Shown here one piece after another: positions 62,633 through 64,000 of a stretch of DNA of 64,000 nucleotides. Within the stretch, counting starts at the first letter, position 1, and each line of letters opens with the position of its first letter. The DNA comes from Tricharina praecox. Its lineage: Eukaryota. The stretch is from the NCBI RefSeq assembly GCF_024521635.1, contig NW_026250421.1:186001-250000 (forward strand). Direction: 5' to 3'. A program made the position numbers and the translations under genes. The notes beneath the pieces were generated by a model, which worked only from the letters and a program-made list of their open reading frames with translations, was not told the origin of the DNA and made no database searches.

Positions 62633-64000
62633 TTATGTGTCAACAAATTGTTCCTGCACCATCAGCCTATCTTTAACCCTAGCCAGCACCCTCTCACCCA
62701 CCAGCCCCGCAAACCTGGCCCTCCTCTCATCGTATCCCATATCCAGAAACGCCTGGATCCCTCCTAGAGGCCTACACGTTTGCAGCAACACTTGCGCAGC
62801 CATGGCATTGAACCCCACCTTCCTCAGGAACACCTCCCAGCCACTCTCCTCCTCGAACAACCTGTGGCCGTGGCTCTTCATGGCGGCAATAATCCACCGC
62901 ACCGCTTCCTCGTCAGAATCGCCCACAAGCCGGTGCTCAACTCTGCACACGGCCTCAAGGGAGACGGCGAATTCCACAAACTTGCTGAGCCCCTTGGCCT
63001 CGTTGGCACTCTGCGTTTTGGCCGGAACGCGGATCAGCAGCTGCAGGTGCTCGTATCGCTTACTGACCTCGATGATGCGCGTCTTGATGTCCCGGCCGTA
63101 CTCGATTGGCGGGTTTCCGCCTGGAAGGGGTGAACTTATGCTTAGGCGTCGGAGGGTTGTGAGGATTAGGCCCCTCGTTGGGGACAGGATCATGTCGGCG
63201 TCGGTGACTACCATCCGTCCGCGGCTCTGGCCAAGGGTGTGCACGTCACCGATCACGGCTAGGAAGTCTCTCTCGATAAAGCGAGCTGCTGGGTAGAGTG
63301 ATTTGATGGATTTGAAGATGTTGCGCTCGGAAAGGAGCGTGGTCGAGACTATAAAGTCCGCTGGAGGCAGATTAGCAGGAGGTATTGGTGCTGCTGGGTG
63401 AGATAGCTGCGTTGACTGCGGTGGTGCCGGGATCAAAGGTGTCATGGCTTCTGGACGGGGAGCCATTTTGACTGGACGAGGTGGTGGTGGCATCTGTGCG
63501 CGAGAAGTATCCACGAGGGGTGCCGGAGTCATACCTCGGGATCTCATGAAAGCGTCCAGGGCGCTGGCAGCAGAGAAGCCATCGAACGTAATCGTATCTG
63601 CTGGTTGAGCATCTCGCGTAGCAGCCACTGCTGGTCGATGCTTCTTCTTCTTCTTGAGCAGATCTTGGAACGAATAATCTACTGGTGGTTTCCGCTTTCG
63701 CTCCGGCGGGGCCATGCTTTCGACTTCAGCCATCTGATTCTTTTCGAGCACCGCATAGTCCAGTACTTCAACGGTATCGTCGCCTAGGTTCAGCTCCACT
63801 AGCGAGTCGAGCAATTCCTGTTCGGCGGATGCACAATCTTCAGTGGTCACCAGGAGGTGCTGTATAGATCCCTCAGTGTCCTCGATGTTTTCACGAGGTA
63901 CCGCAGCATTTTTTCGGGTAAACGGCGCCCAAACCATGTCGATCTCGATGATTTTGATGCCGCGCCATTTTTTCTTCGCAAGGCCAGCCCAGCCGTCCAA
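62633..64000 (-). CDS. C-terminal part of a protein with an XPF/ERCC4-like domain, probable meiotic Zip2/SHOC1 homolog; 5' end lies outside the window
   Basis: FIVSTTLL...FIERDF...DADMILSPTRGLILTTL...SKRYEHLQLLI, then EEESGWEVFLRKVGFNAMAAQVLL and FLDM..DERRARF (HhH-like). The call is by pattern recall. Confidence 0.6.
   Translation of the reverse strand: MDGWAGLAKKKWRGIKIIEIDMVWAPFTRKNAAVPRENIEDTEGSIQHLLVTTEDCASAEQELLDSLVELNLGDDTVEVLDYAVLEKNQMAEVESMAPPERKRKPPVDYSFQDLLKKKKKHRPAVAATRDAQPADTITFDGFSAASALDAFMRSRGMTPAPLVDTSRAQMPPPPRPVKMAPRPEAMTPLIPAPPQSTQLSHPAAPIPPANLPPADFIVSTTLLSERNIFKSIKSLYPAARFIERDFLAVIGDVHTLGQSRGRMVVTDADMILSPTRGLILTTLRRLSISSPLPGGNPPIEYGRDIKTRIIEVSKRYEHLQLLIRVPAKTQSANEAKGLSKFVEFAVSLEAVCRVEHRLVGDSDEEAVRWIIAAMKSHGHRLFEEESGWEVFLRKVGFNAMAAQVLLQTCRPLGGIQAFLDMGYDERRARFAGLVGERVLARVKDRLMVQEQFVDT

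Overview
Gene-dense eukaryotic DNA from a filamentous ascomycete. Short GT-AG introns with CTRAC branch points and the protein families support this; a Pezizomycetes affinity is only my inference. I can support about 31 protein-coding genes, most of them spliced, so the ORF track splits them. In order: dynein heavy chain (3' part), SVF1, a divergent histone H4, a RecA-fold/Shu-like protein, a Hal4/Sat4-type kinase, SWT21/WDR79, HSP10, NUF2, LYC1-like GNAT, SreA-type GATA factor, a second GNAT, POP5 and POP4 (tail-to-tail), DCN1-like, MRPL19, AA9 LPMO with a Cys-rich tail, UTP17, RPB10, PET8, TilS-like, SPT5, a second AA9, TauD dioxygenase, an orphan ORF, RKI1, AhpD/Pxp2-like, FIP1, NUP49, DCC1 and a Zip2/SHOC1-like gene (3' part). 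I found no rRNA, tRNA, CRISPR array or transposon. Most notable: the two adjacent RNase P/MRP subunit genes, the long-tailed H4 variant with Q at the K91 position, an intact TilS homolog head-to-head with the mitochondrial SAM carrier, two atypical LPMOs, a GC-AG intron, and C-rich to G-rich skew flips inside short genes. Family calls come from motifs recognised by eye and exon boundaries from manual splice-site reading; no searches were run.
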